A stretch of DNA of 64,000 nt from NCBI GenBank assembly GCA_963667785.2, contig CAXXMU010000006.1, positions 416,001-480,000 of the forward strand, given 5' to 3'. Within the stretch, counting starts at the first letter, position 1, and every line of letters starts with the position of its first letter. Source of the DNA: Alphaproteobacteria bacterium. Its GTDB lineage: Bacteria > Pseudomonadota > Alphaproteobacteria > UBA828. The translations under genes were made by a program, and so were the position numbers. The notes under the pieces are model-generated. The model worked only from the letters and a program-made list of their open reading frames with translations, made no database searches and was not told the origin of the DNA. Positions 39,271 to 47,378 of this stretch are shown here, one piece after another.

Positions 39271-39966
39271 ATGGTCGAACGCAAGACGGGTGAGAGCGAG
39301 GCCTCCGGCGGAGGCGCGGGCGACGAGGCCGGCACGACTGCCGAGAAGAAGCCGCGCATGGCCTGGGATCAGCGGCTCGCCCGCTGGATGGTGCGGCCGC
39401 TGGTGCACACGCCGGTCACGCCCAACCACATCACCACGGTCCGGCTTCTCCTCGGGCTCGCGGCCTGCGGGCTCTTCGCGATGGGTACGCGGCCCGAGAT
39501 CCTCTATGCCGCCGGGCTCTTCATGCTGTCGAACTTCGTCGATCACATGGACGGCGAGCTGGCCAGGCTTTCGGGCAAGTCGAGCCGCTTCGGCTATCAC
39601 TACGACAACTACTCCGATGCCTTCCTCCACGTCGCGCTCTTCGTCTGCATCGGCATCGGCCTGCAGGAGAGCTGGATCGGCGACTGGGCGCCCTGGCTCG
39701 GACTCATCGCCGGCGTCTCGGTCTCCGCGCTCTTCCTCATGTTCTGGCGGATCGAACAACGCGCCGGCACGCGCCAGGCGCGCCAGCCGATGTTCAAGGG
39801 AATCCACCTGGAGGACGCGATGTACTTCATCGGCCCCATCACCTGGAGCGGCGGGCTGATCGTGCTGCTGCTCGCCGGCGTCGCCCTGCCGCCGCTCTAC
39901 GTGGCCTGGCTCGCCTGGAAGGAGCGCGGCCTGCTCTTCGGCAAGCGGCCGGCGGCCCAGCCATGA
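39271..39966 (+). CDS. CDP-alcohol phosphatidyltransferase family protein
   Basis: TPNHITT and DxxDGxxARxxxxxSxxGxxxDxxxD (DHMDGELARLSGKSSRFGYHYDNYSD). Confidence 0.9.
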   Translation: MVERKTGESEASGGGAGDEAGTTAEKKPRMAWDQRLARWMVRPLVHTPVTPNHITTVRLLLGLAACGLFAMGTRPEILYAAGLFMLSNFVDHMDGELARLSGKSSRFGYHYDNYSDAFLHVALFVCIGIGLQESWIGDWAPWLGLIAGVSVSALFLMFWRIEQRAGTRQARQPMFKGIHLEDAMYFIGPITWSGGLIVLLLAGVALPPLYVAWLAWKERGLLFGKRPAAQP

Positions 39967-40949
39967 CCACGCTGGTCACCGGCGCCACCGGCTTTCTCGG
40001 CTCGGCGGTCGCCCACGCGCTGCTCGATGCCGGCCACGCCGTACGCGTGCTCACGCGGGCGCGCGCGGACACGCGCAACATCGACGGCCTCGACGTGGAC
40101 CGCGCCACGGGCGATCTCACCGACCGCCCCTCGCTGGAGCGTGCGGCCAGGGGCTGCGATACCCTGTTCCATGTGGCGGCCGACTATCGCCTCTGGATAC
40201 CGGATCCCGCCGCCGTCTACCGCACCAACGTGGAGGGCAGCCGCGACCTGTTGCGGGCCGCGGCGGAAGCCGGCGCCACGCGCATCGTCTACACCTCGTC
40301 GGTCGCCACCCTCGGCCTCAACGCCGATCACTCGCCCGCCGACGAGGACACGCCGGTGACCGAGGCCGCCATGATCGGCCACTACAAGCGCTCGAAGTAC
40401 CTGGCCGAGGAGGCGGTGCGCGCGCTCGTCCGCGACGAGGGCGTGCCGGCGGTCATCGTCAACCCCTCCGCCCCGATCGGCCCGCGCGACATCAAGCCGA
40501 CGCCCACCGGGCGGATCATCGTCGACTTCGCCGCCGGCCGCATGCCGGCCTACGTCGATACCGGCCTCAACGTCGTCCACGTCGACGACTGCGCCGCCGG
40601 TCACCTGCTGGCGCTGGAGAAGGGGGTGATCGGCGAGCGCTACATCCTCGGCGGCGAGGACATGACGCTGCGCCAGATCCTCGCGTGCCTGGCGCGACTC
40701 AGCGGGCGGAGGCCGCCCGGCATCAGGCTCTCCCACCGGGTGCTGGCGCCGGTGGCCGTCGCTGCCGAGGCCTGGGCGAGGCTGGCGGGTGGCGAGCCCA
40801 GGCTCACCCGCGACAGCCTGCGAATGGCGCGCAAGATGATGTTCTTCTCGTCCGCCAAGGCCGCGAGCGAGCTCGGCTACGCGGCCCGGCCGGCCGAGGA
40901 GGCGCTGGCCGACGCGCTCGCCTGGTTCCGCGCCAACGGCTACGTGTGA
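39963..40949 (+). CDS. hpnA: Hopanoid-associated NAD-dependent sugar epimerase/dehydratase
   Basis: TGATGFLG, FHVAADYRLW, YKRSK, GPRDIKPTPTG, MPAYVDTGLN. Confidence 0.8.
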   Translation: MTTLVTGATGFLGSAVAHALLDAGHAVRVLTRARADTRNIDGLDVDRATGDLTDRPSLERAARGCDTLFHVAADYRLWIPDPAAVYRTNVEGSRDLLRAAAEAGATRIVYTSSVATLGLNADHSPADEDTPVTEAAMIGHYKRSKYLAEEAVRALVRDEGVPAVIVNPSAPIGPRDIKPTPTGRIIVDFAAGRMPAYVDTGLNVVHVDDCAAGHLLALEKGVIGERYILGGEDMTLRQILACLARLSGRRPPGIRLSHRVLAPVAVAAEAWARLAGGEPRLTRDSLRMARKMMFFSSAKAASELGYAARPAEEALADALAWFRANGYV

Positions 40950-41061
40950 ACGGCCCGGCGCGAGCCGTGACTCCGGCGAGACATCCGGGCTAGAACGGGC
41001 GCCACCGCTCACGGCCGCCGTATCGCGGCGACAACCAGACACGACAGGACGGGACAGGGGA

Positions 41062-42030
41062 ATGGAATACGGCTTCAACGTACCGAACGGCGGGCCGCTG
41101 GCCGTGCCGGAGCACATCGGCACCATCGCCCGGCACGGCGAGAAGATGGGCTATCGCATTCTGGCGATCCCGGACCACATCGTGGTGCCCAAGGGCATCG
41201 AATCGCCCTACCCCTACTCGCCCGACGGCACGCTCAACTTTCCGACGCTGCTCGCCGGCGAGTGCCTGGAGCCGATCGCGCTGATGGCCTATCTCGCCGG
41301 CATCACCAGCGAGATGCGGCTGCTCACCTCGGTGATGGTGGTCCCCTACCGCCAGCCGGTGCTGACGGCCAAGCTGCTGTCGACCATCGACCTGCTCTCC
41401 GGTGGGCGCGCGGTGGTGGGAGTCGGCGCCGGCTGGATGGCCGAGGAGTTCCCGCCCGTCGGCGCGCCGCCGTTCGAGGCGCGGGGGCGGGCGACCGACG
41501 AGTACCTGCGCATCTACAAGGAGCTTTGGACCGCCGACGCACCCAGCTACGATGGCGAGTTCACCTCCTTCGACAACATCCTGTTCCATCCCAAGCCGGT
41601 GCAGAAGCCGCACCCTCCGATCTGGGTCGGCGGCGAGAGCAAGCCGGCGAAGCGGCGCACCGCGCGCTACGGCGACGCCTGGTTCCCCATCGGCTGCAAC
41701 CCACGCTTTCCGATGGACACGATCGGCCGCTTCGCCGCCGGGCTCGACGACGTGCGCGCCCTGGCGGAGGCGGAGGGGCGCGATCCCGCCAGCATCGACG
41801 TCGCCTTCTGGGCCGTCTGGTACGGCGCCAGCGAGGAGCCGATCCTGACGGATACCGGCGAGCGCATGCTGATCTCGGGCTCGGCCGACGACATCGCGAG
41901 CGACATCAAGGCGATGCGCGAGCTCGGCGTGCGCCACCTGGTGCTGCAGATGCTGCGCCCGACCATCGAGGAAACGCTGGACGCCATCACCCAGTTCGCC
42001 GAGGAGGTGCGCCCCAAGGCCGACGGGTGA
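41062..42030 (+). CDS. LLM-class oxidoreductase resembling the F420-dependent subfamily
   Basis: PDHIVVP..YPY, SGGR..GVGAGW.AEEF, PKPVQKPHPPIWVGG. Confidence 0.85.
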   Translation: MEYGFNVPNGGPLAVPEHIGTIARHGEKMGYRILAIPDHIVVPKGIESPYPYSPDGTLNFPTLLAGECLEPIALMAYLAGITSEMRLLTSVMVVPYRQPVLTAKLLSTIDLLSGGRAVVGVGAGWMAEEFPPVGAPPFEARGRATDEYLRIYKELWTADAPSYDGEFTSFDNILFHPKPVQKPHPPIWVGGESKPAKRRTARYGDAWFPIGCNPRFPMDTIGRFAAGLDDVRALAEAEGRDPASIDVAFWAVWYGASEEPILTDTGERMLISGSADDIASDIKAMRELGVRHLVLQMLRPTIEETLDAITQFAEEVRPKADG

Positions 42031-42066
42031 ATGCGCGCGCTTGACCTCGACCGTCCGCCGTCATAG

Positions 42067-42294
42067 CTAGAGCATTATCCGACCATACGAGGTCACCACG
42101 GCTTGACTCCCACCTCCCCCTGTCCCCCTCCCCCAAAGGCGGAGGGGGAACGCGACGGCGCCGCCTTCTCTCCCTCTCCGCCCCCGGGGGCGGAGAGGGC
42201 CGGGGTGAGGTGGGGGAAGCTCGGGCAACACCGCACGAAGATTGGGCACCCGCAGCAACTCGCTGCGATCGTGTCTGAACGAAAAGTGCTCTAG
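42067..42294 (+). mobile_element. 228 bp MITE-like repeat, copy 2
   Basis: Same ends and body as 33681-33908, with a handful of substitutions. Confidence 0.85.
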
Positions 42295-42321
42295 ACGACG
42301 ACCCTGCTTCGGTCGAAGACG

Positions 42322-42840
42322 ATGGCTGTACGCCCGATCATCACCGCGCCCGACAAGCGGCTGAAGGCGCGCTCGCAGCCGGTCGACAGCGTCGACGACG
42401 AGGTGCGCGCACTCCTCGACGACATGCTGGAGACCATGTACGCCGCCGACGGGATCGGCCTCGCCGCCATCCAGGTCGGCGTGCCGCAGCGCTGCATCGT
42501 GGCCGACGTGCACATGGCGGACGAGCCGCCGGCGCCGCTCAAGCTGGTCAATCCGGAGATCGTCTGGCGCTCGGACGAGCGGGTAAGCCGCGAGGAGGGC
42601 TGCCTCTCCTTCCCCGACCACTATGCGGAGGTGGAGCGGCCGGAATCGGTGACGGTGGCCTATCGGGACGAGACCGGCGCGGCGCAGGAGGTGACGGCGG
42701 TGGGCACGCTCGCCGTCTGCCTCCAGCACGAGATCGACCATCTGGAGGGGGTGCTCTTCGTGGACTACCTGTCGCTGGTCAAGCGCAGCATCATCCTGCG
42801 CAAGCTGACCAAGGCGCGCCGCGCCGCCGCCGGCGCCTGA
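42322..42840 (+). CDS. def: Peptide deformylase
   Basis: [24 protein letters not shown]. Confidence 0.97.
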   Translation: MAVRPIITAPDKRLKARSQPVDSVDDEVRALLDDMLETMYAADGIGLAAIQVGVPQRCIVADVHMADEPPAPLKLVNPEIVWRSDERVSREEGCLSFPDHYAEVERPESVTVAYRDETGAAQEVTAVGTLAVCLQHEIDHLEGVLFVDYLSLVKRSIILRKLTKARRAAAGA

Positions 42841-42898
42841 GGCTCCCGTCGCACGCGGGGCCGCGCCGCTGCCGGAGTCCCCTAGGCCGCTCAGGCTG

Positions 42899-43828
42899 GT
42901 GTTCATGGGAACGCCGGCTTTCGCCGTGCCCACCCTCGATGCGCTCGCGGCGTGCGGCCATGCCGTCGCTGCGGTCTACACCCAGCCGCCGCGCGCGAGC
43001 GCGCGCGGGCAGAGGCTGCAACCGACGCCGGTGGCGGTGCGCGCGGACGCCGCCGGGATCGAGGTGAGAACGCCCGCGAGCCTTCGGCCGGCGGAGGCGC
43101 AGGCGGCGTTCGCGGCGCTCGGCTCGGACCTCGCGGTCACCGTCGCCTACGGCCTGATCCTGCCGCCCGCCGTGCTGACCGCGCCCCGCCTCGGCTGCAT
43201 CAACGCCCACGCCTCGCTGCTGCCCCGCTGGCGCGGCGCCGCGCCCATCCAGCGGGCCATCATGGCGGGCGACGAGGAGACCGGCGTCACCATCATGCGC
43301 ATGGACGAGGGGCTGGATACCGGCCCCATCCTCGGCACCGAGCGCGTGCCCATCGGGCCGGAGACCACGGGAGGCGCGCTCCACAATACGCTCGCCGCGC
43401 TCTCGGCCCGGATGATGGTCGCGGCAGTCGACGCGCTCGCCGCGGGCAGTCTCGCGGAGACGCCCCAGCCTGGCGACGGCGCCACCTATGCCGCGAAGCT
43501 GGAGAAGCACGAGGCCGCCATCGACTGGCGCGCGCCGGCGGCCGAGATCGAGCGCAAGGTGCGCGCGCTGGCGCCTGCACCGGGCGCCTGGTTCATCCTG
43601 GAGGGCACGCGCGTCAAGCTGCTGGCGGCGGCGGCGATCGAGGCGGACGCCCACGCGCCGCCCGGAACCGTTCTCGATCGTGCCCTCACCATCGCCTGCG
43701 GCGACGGCGCGGCGCTCAGCCCGACCCGGCTCCAGCGCGCCGGCAAGGCGCCGATGGGTAGGGACGCCTTCCTGCGCGGCCGGCCGATCGCAGCGGGCAC
43801 GCTTCTGCCATGCCCCGCTACAGGCTGA
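42899..43828 (+). CDS. fmt: Methionyl-tRNA formyltransferase; true start may be slightly upstream
   Basis: [46 protein letters not shown]. Confidence 0.95.
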   Translation: MFMGTPAFAVPTLDALAACGHAVAAVYTQPPRASARGQRLQPTPVAVRADAAGIEVRTPASLRPAEAQAAFAALGSDLAVTVAYGLILPPAVLTAPRLGCINAHASLLPRWRGAAPIQRAIMAGDEETGVTIMRMDEGLDTGPILGTERVPIGPETTGGALHNTLAALSARMMVAAVDALAAGSLAETPQPGDGATYAAKLEKHEAAIDWRAPAAEIERKVRALAPAPGAWFILEGTRVKLLAAAAIEADAHAPPGTVLDRALTIACGDGAALSPTRLQRAGKAPMGRDAFLRGRPIAAGTLLPCPATG

Positions 43829-44559
43829 CCCTCGAATACGACGGCACCGGCTTCGTCGGCTGGCAGCACCAGGGCGACGGGCGCTCGGTGCAGGAGGCGC
43901 TGGAGCGCGCGGTCGAGCGCTTCTCCGGCGAGCGGGTCAGGGTTCACGGCGCCGGCCGGACCGATTCGGGCGTGCACGCGCTCGGCCAGTGCTGTCACCT
44001 GGACCTCGCCCGCACGGTCCGCCCGGAGGTCCTGCGCGAGGCGCTGAATGCGCATCTCCGGCCCGCGCCGGCGGTCGTGACCCACGCGGCCGAGGCGGCG
44101 CCCGGCTTCGACGCCAGACGCGACGCGACGATGCGCGTCTACCTCTACCGGATCGTGAACCGCAAGGCGCCGCCGGCGCTCGCCCGCAAGCGCGCCTGGC
44201 ACCTGCCGCGCCCGCTCGACACGGGCGCCATGGCAGACGCCGCGCGCAGGCTCGAGGGCACCCACGACTTTACGACCTTTCGCGCCGCCCAGTGCCAGGC
44301 GGCATCGCCGGTCCGCACCCTGCGGAGCCTTGCCGTCAGGCGCTGCGGAGAGGAGATCGCCATCCGTGCCTGGGCGCGCTCCTTCCTCCACCACCAGGTG
44401 CGCGCGGTGGTGGGAACGCTGGCAGAGGTGGGCGAGGGCCGGCGGACACCCGCCGACGTGGGCGCCGCGCTCGCGGCCTGCGACCGCAGCCGGAGCGGCC
44501 CGACCGCCCCGGCCTGGGGCCTCTATCTGGAGGCGGTGCTCTATCCGCCCGAGTGCTGA
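43810..44559 (+). CDS. truA: tRNA pseudouridine(38-40) synthase
   Basis: [48 protein letters not shown]. Confidence 0.96.
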   Translation: MPRYRLTLEYDGTGFVGWQHQGDGRSVQEALERAVERFSGERVRVHGAGRTDSGVHALGQCCHLDLARTVRPEVLREALNAHLRPAPAVVTHAAEAAPGFDARRDATMRVYLYRIVNRKAPPALARKRAWHLPRPLDTGAMADAARRLEGTHDFTTFRAAQCQAASPVRTLRSLAVRRCGEEIAIRAWARSFLHHQVRAVVGTLAEVGEGRRTPADVGAALAACDRSRSGPTAPAWGLYLEAVLYPPEC

Positions 44560-44601
44560 TCGCCGCCGCGCCTGGCGAAACAGACGGCGGCGCGGGGCGC
44601 G

Positions 44602-45045
44602 CTACTTCTTGACCCCGAGAACTTCCCGCGTCCCCTGGATGCCGCCGCGGTAGATGCCGTCGACGAACTCCAGGCATTCCGCCTTGGTCTTGCCCCTCTT
44701 CGGCATGAAGCGGCTGGTCCATTCCACCTGACAGCGCCGCGAGGTGATCGGCTTCACCTTGATGGTGGCGGTGTAGTCGTAGAAGGGCACCAGGTCGTTC
44801 GGATCGTCGGTGATCCTGTAGATCTGCGTGCGGGTCGCCGTGTCGTACTTCAGCAGGGTCTCGTCGAGCGTGCCCTTCATCCCCTTGATCCTGAGCGTCC
44901 TCACCGTGCCCTTCTTGTTGAGGGTGCTCCTGGTGATGGCGCCGGCCATGATCACGGGCAGATTGTTGAACGCGCCCAACTCGCCGAAGACCCGGTCGGC
45001 CGATGCGCTGATCTCCTCGACCACCTTCGCTCGCGTATACGCCAT
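44602..45045 (-). CDS. SRPBCC/polyketide-cyclase family protein
   Basis: ISASADRVF, GTVRTL, YTATIKVKP..CQVEWTSRF helix-grip pattern; GGAGGG RBS. Confidence 0.7.
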   Translation of the reverse strand: MAYTRAKVVEEISASADRVFGELGAFNNLPVIMAGAITRSTLNKKGTVRTLRIKGMKGTLDETLLKYDTATRTQIYRITDDPNDLVPFYDYTATIKVKPITSRRCQVEWTSRFMPKRGKTKAECLEFVDGIYRGGIQGTREVLGVKK

Positions 45046-45163
45046 TGCCCTCCCTCCGTTCGTTGTTTGCGGCGCGCCGGAATGGTGGACGCAAAGCGCG
45101 GCCAGCGCAACGCGCGATCTGGCGCGGATGCACCTACCCCCCGCCCCAATCGCTTCCTCATAC

Positions 45164-45258
45164 CGTCATGCCCGGACCTGTTCCGGGCATCTCTCGCCAC
45201 CAGAGCGTCCATGCGCGGGGCGAGCGAATGGATGGCCGGGACAAGCCCGGCCATGACG
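45164..45258. repeat. Alphaproteobacterial REP-like palindromic repeat (GTCATGCCCGG...ACAAGCCCGGCCATGAC type)
   Basis: Termini CGTCATG/CATGACG; internal hairpins ATGCCCGGA..TCCGGGCAT and ATGGCCGGG-acaag-CCCGGCCAT. Confidence 0.7.
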
Positions 45259-45313
45259 TGAGGGGAGAACCGCGTGCATGTCCTGATTGTGCGGGAGCGT
45301 CTTGAGCAGGACG

Positions 45314-45601
45314 CTACCCCCCGCCCCGCTGGAAGGAGACCTCGAGCCGGGCGAGGTGCCCCGCCGCATCGGCGTGATCGATGTAGCGGAAGCGCGCGGT
45401 GAGGACGGGCAGGGCGAGCGAGGCGATGCGGCGCACGCGCTCGTCCGAGAGGGTGATCTCGAGCGTGCCGTCGTCGTCCTCCACCGTGATCCTGTCGCGG
45501 CCTACGACGATGCGCGCATGCGGGAGCGCACGCTCCAGCGTGCGCAGGAACGCGCTGCGCTCGATCGTCATCTCCTTTTCGACGGTGAGCGAGCGGGCCA
45601 C
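45314..45601 (-). CDS. Small AOR-associated protein (AorE-like) ending in FQRGGG
   Basis: Last gene of the aor run, 10 bp after moaD; C-terminal Gly-Gly. Confidence 0.65.
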   Translation of the reverse strand: MARSLTVEKEMTIERSAFLRTLERALPHARIVVGRDRITVEDDDGTLEITLSDERVRRIASLALPVLTARFRYIDHADAAGHLARLEVSFQRGGG

Positions 45602-45611
45602 GGGCGCCGGC

Positions 45612-45863
45612 TCAGCCGCCGGCCACCGGCGGCCAGACCGCCAGCGTGTCGTTCTCCCTCAGCGCGTGGGAGGCGCGCTCGCTCGGCTCCACGTAGACGC
45701 CGTTCACCAGCACGATGGAGCAGTACTGGCGTGGCAGGCCGAACCTGGCGAAGACGTCCTCCGGCGTGGTGCCGTCGTCCAGCTCCAGCTCGACCTGGTT
45801 GTCCACGGCGCCCGCCGGCAGATAGTCGCTCAGCAGCGCATAGAGCTTGACGTTGACCTTCAT
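45612..45863 (-). CDS. MoaD/ThiS sulfur-carrier protein (AorD-like)
   Basis: MKVNVKLYA...VLVNG...WPPVAGG terminus. Confidence 0.9.
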   Translation of the reverse strand: MKVNVKLYALLSDYLPAGAVDNQVELELDDGTTPEDVFARFGLPRQYCSIVLVNGVYVEPSERASHALRENDTLAVWPPVAGG

Positions 45864-45922
45864 GGCGTCGGTCCGGCGCCGTCAGGGAGCCGCCGTCTCA
45901 GCGCCCATCGCTCTCCCGCCGC

Positions 45923-47170
45923 TCAGGTCTGGCTGTGCGCGACGTAGGCCTCCATCACCCGGTGCGGGTTCTCCAGCAGCTTCTCCTTCCAGTCGGCGAG
46001 CGCCGTCTGGTTCTGGATCAGGCCGCGGATCACGCCGACATGGTCGGTGAGCCCGAGGCCGAGCGCGCCGACGAGTCGGTCGCCGTCGAACTCGAGCCGG
46101 AGATACTTGAACTGGTCTTCGTCCACGACGACGCCGCTGTCGCCGCCAGCGACGCCGTCCCAGCTGCCGAAGGAGCTGGAGACGAGGCCCACGGTGGCGA
46201 GCACGTTCATGTTGAGGCTGCCCTTGTAGTGGGCGTGGCGCCCCAGCATGTTGAGCGCCGCGATGCGGCCGTGCTCGGTCGCGGTCGGCTGGATCGCGTG
46301 CACCGAGTACTCGCCGGTGGAGAAATCGAGGCCCTGGGCCACGTCGCCTGCGGCGAACACGCCTTCGGCGCTCGTCTCCAGGTGCTGGTCGACCAGCACG
46401 CCGTGGTCGGTCTTGATGCCGCTCCCCTCGAGGAAGCCAATGTTGGGGGCGACGCCGACGGCGAGCACGACGAGGTGGGCTTCGAGCCTCTCGCCGCTGT
46501 CGAGCACCACCGCCTTGTCGCCGCCAGCGCCGGATACCGCCTCGATCCCGGTGACCCGCGTAGACGTGAGCACCCGGATGTTCCTGGCCGCGCACCAGCG
46601 CTGCAGCATGCCGCCGGCCGTCGCGTCCATCATGCGCGAGACCATGCGATCCTCCATCTCCACCACGGAGAGGGTGCCGCAGCGCTTCGCCAGCGCTTCC
46701 ATGATGATGCAGCCGATGAAGCCGGCGCCGATCAGCACGACGTTGGCGTCGTCGTTCAGCAGCGCCGCGATCTCGCGGCAGTCCGCCAGCGTCCAGCAGT
46801 TGTGCACGCCGGGCGAATCGAGGCCCGGCACCGGCGGGCTGAGCGGTGTCGCGCCGGTGGCGATCAGCAGCCGGTCGTAGGTCACCTTGTCGCCGCCGCT
46901 GAGCGTGAGCGCGCCGTCCGCCGGCGCCAGCGATTCGGCCCGGCCCTGGCGGTACTCGATGCCGAGGCCCTCGTAGTGGCCGTCCGCCTTGCGCAGGTAG
47001 GTCCCGCTCTGCTCGATCATACCCTCGAGGACATAGGGGATCGCCATCCGGGAATAGGGCGGCTCCGGCTCGTCGCCGATCAGCACGATCCCGGCGTTCC
47101 GGTCTCCCTTGCGCAGGGTTTCGGCAGCAACCACGCCGGCCGGGCCGGCACCCACGATCACATGCTGCAT
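45923..47170 (-). CDS. FAD/NAD(P)-dependent oxidoreductase subunit (AorC-like)
   Basis: GAGPAG, PYSRMAIPY, LLIATG, GAGFIG, FAAGDVA. Confidence 0.9.
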   Translation of the reverse strand: MQHVIVGAGPAGVVAAETLRKGDRNAGIVLIGDEPEPPYSRMAIPYVLEGMIEQSGTYLRKADGHYEGLGIEYRQGRAESLAPADGALTLSGGDKVTYDRLLIATGATPLSPPVPGLDSPGVHNCWTLADCREIAALLNDDANVVLIGAGFIGCIIMEALAKRCGTLSVVEMEDRMVSRMMDATAGGMLQRWCAARNIRVLTSTRVTGIEAVSGAGGDKAVVLDSGERLEAHLVVLAVGVAPNIGFLEGSGIKTDHGVLVDQHLETSAEGVFAAGDVAQGLDFSTGEYSVHAIQPTATEHGRIAALNMLGRHAHYKGSLNMNVLATVGLVSSSFGSWDGVAGGDSGVVVDEDQFKYLRLEFDGDRLVGALGLGLTDHVGVIRGLIQNQTALADWKEKLLENPHRVMEAYVAHSQT

Positions 47171-47275
47171 GTTGGCTCCCGCTTGGCTCTTCGCGCCGCC
47201 CCGCCGGCACCTGCGGAGATGCTGCCGGCTGCGGCCCGTTTCGTCGTGCTCACTCCCGCCACCCCCGATGCGAGC

Positions 47276-47314
47276 CGGGGGGCCGGTGCCCTGGTCGGCA
47301 CGTCCGGCCCCCCG
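47276..47314. other. Strong GC-rich hairpin in the aorB-aorC spacer
   Basis: CGGGGGGCCGG-TGCC...GGCA-cgt-CCGGCCCCCCG. Confidence 0.5.
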
Positions 47315-47378
47315 CAGTCACGAGAATGACGATTGATCCGGCGCCGGATGGGACACCCGACGGCCGGCCGTCCCCGGC

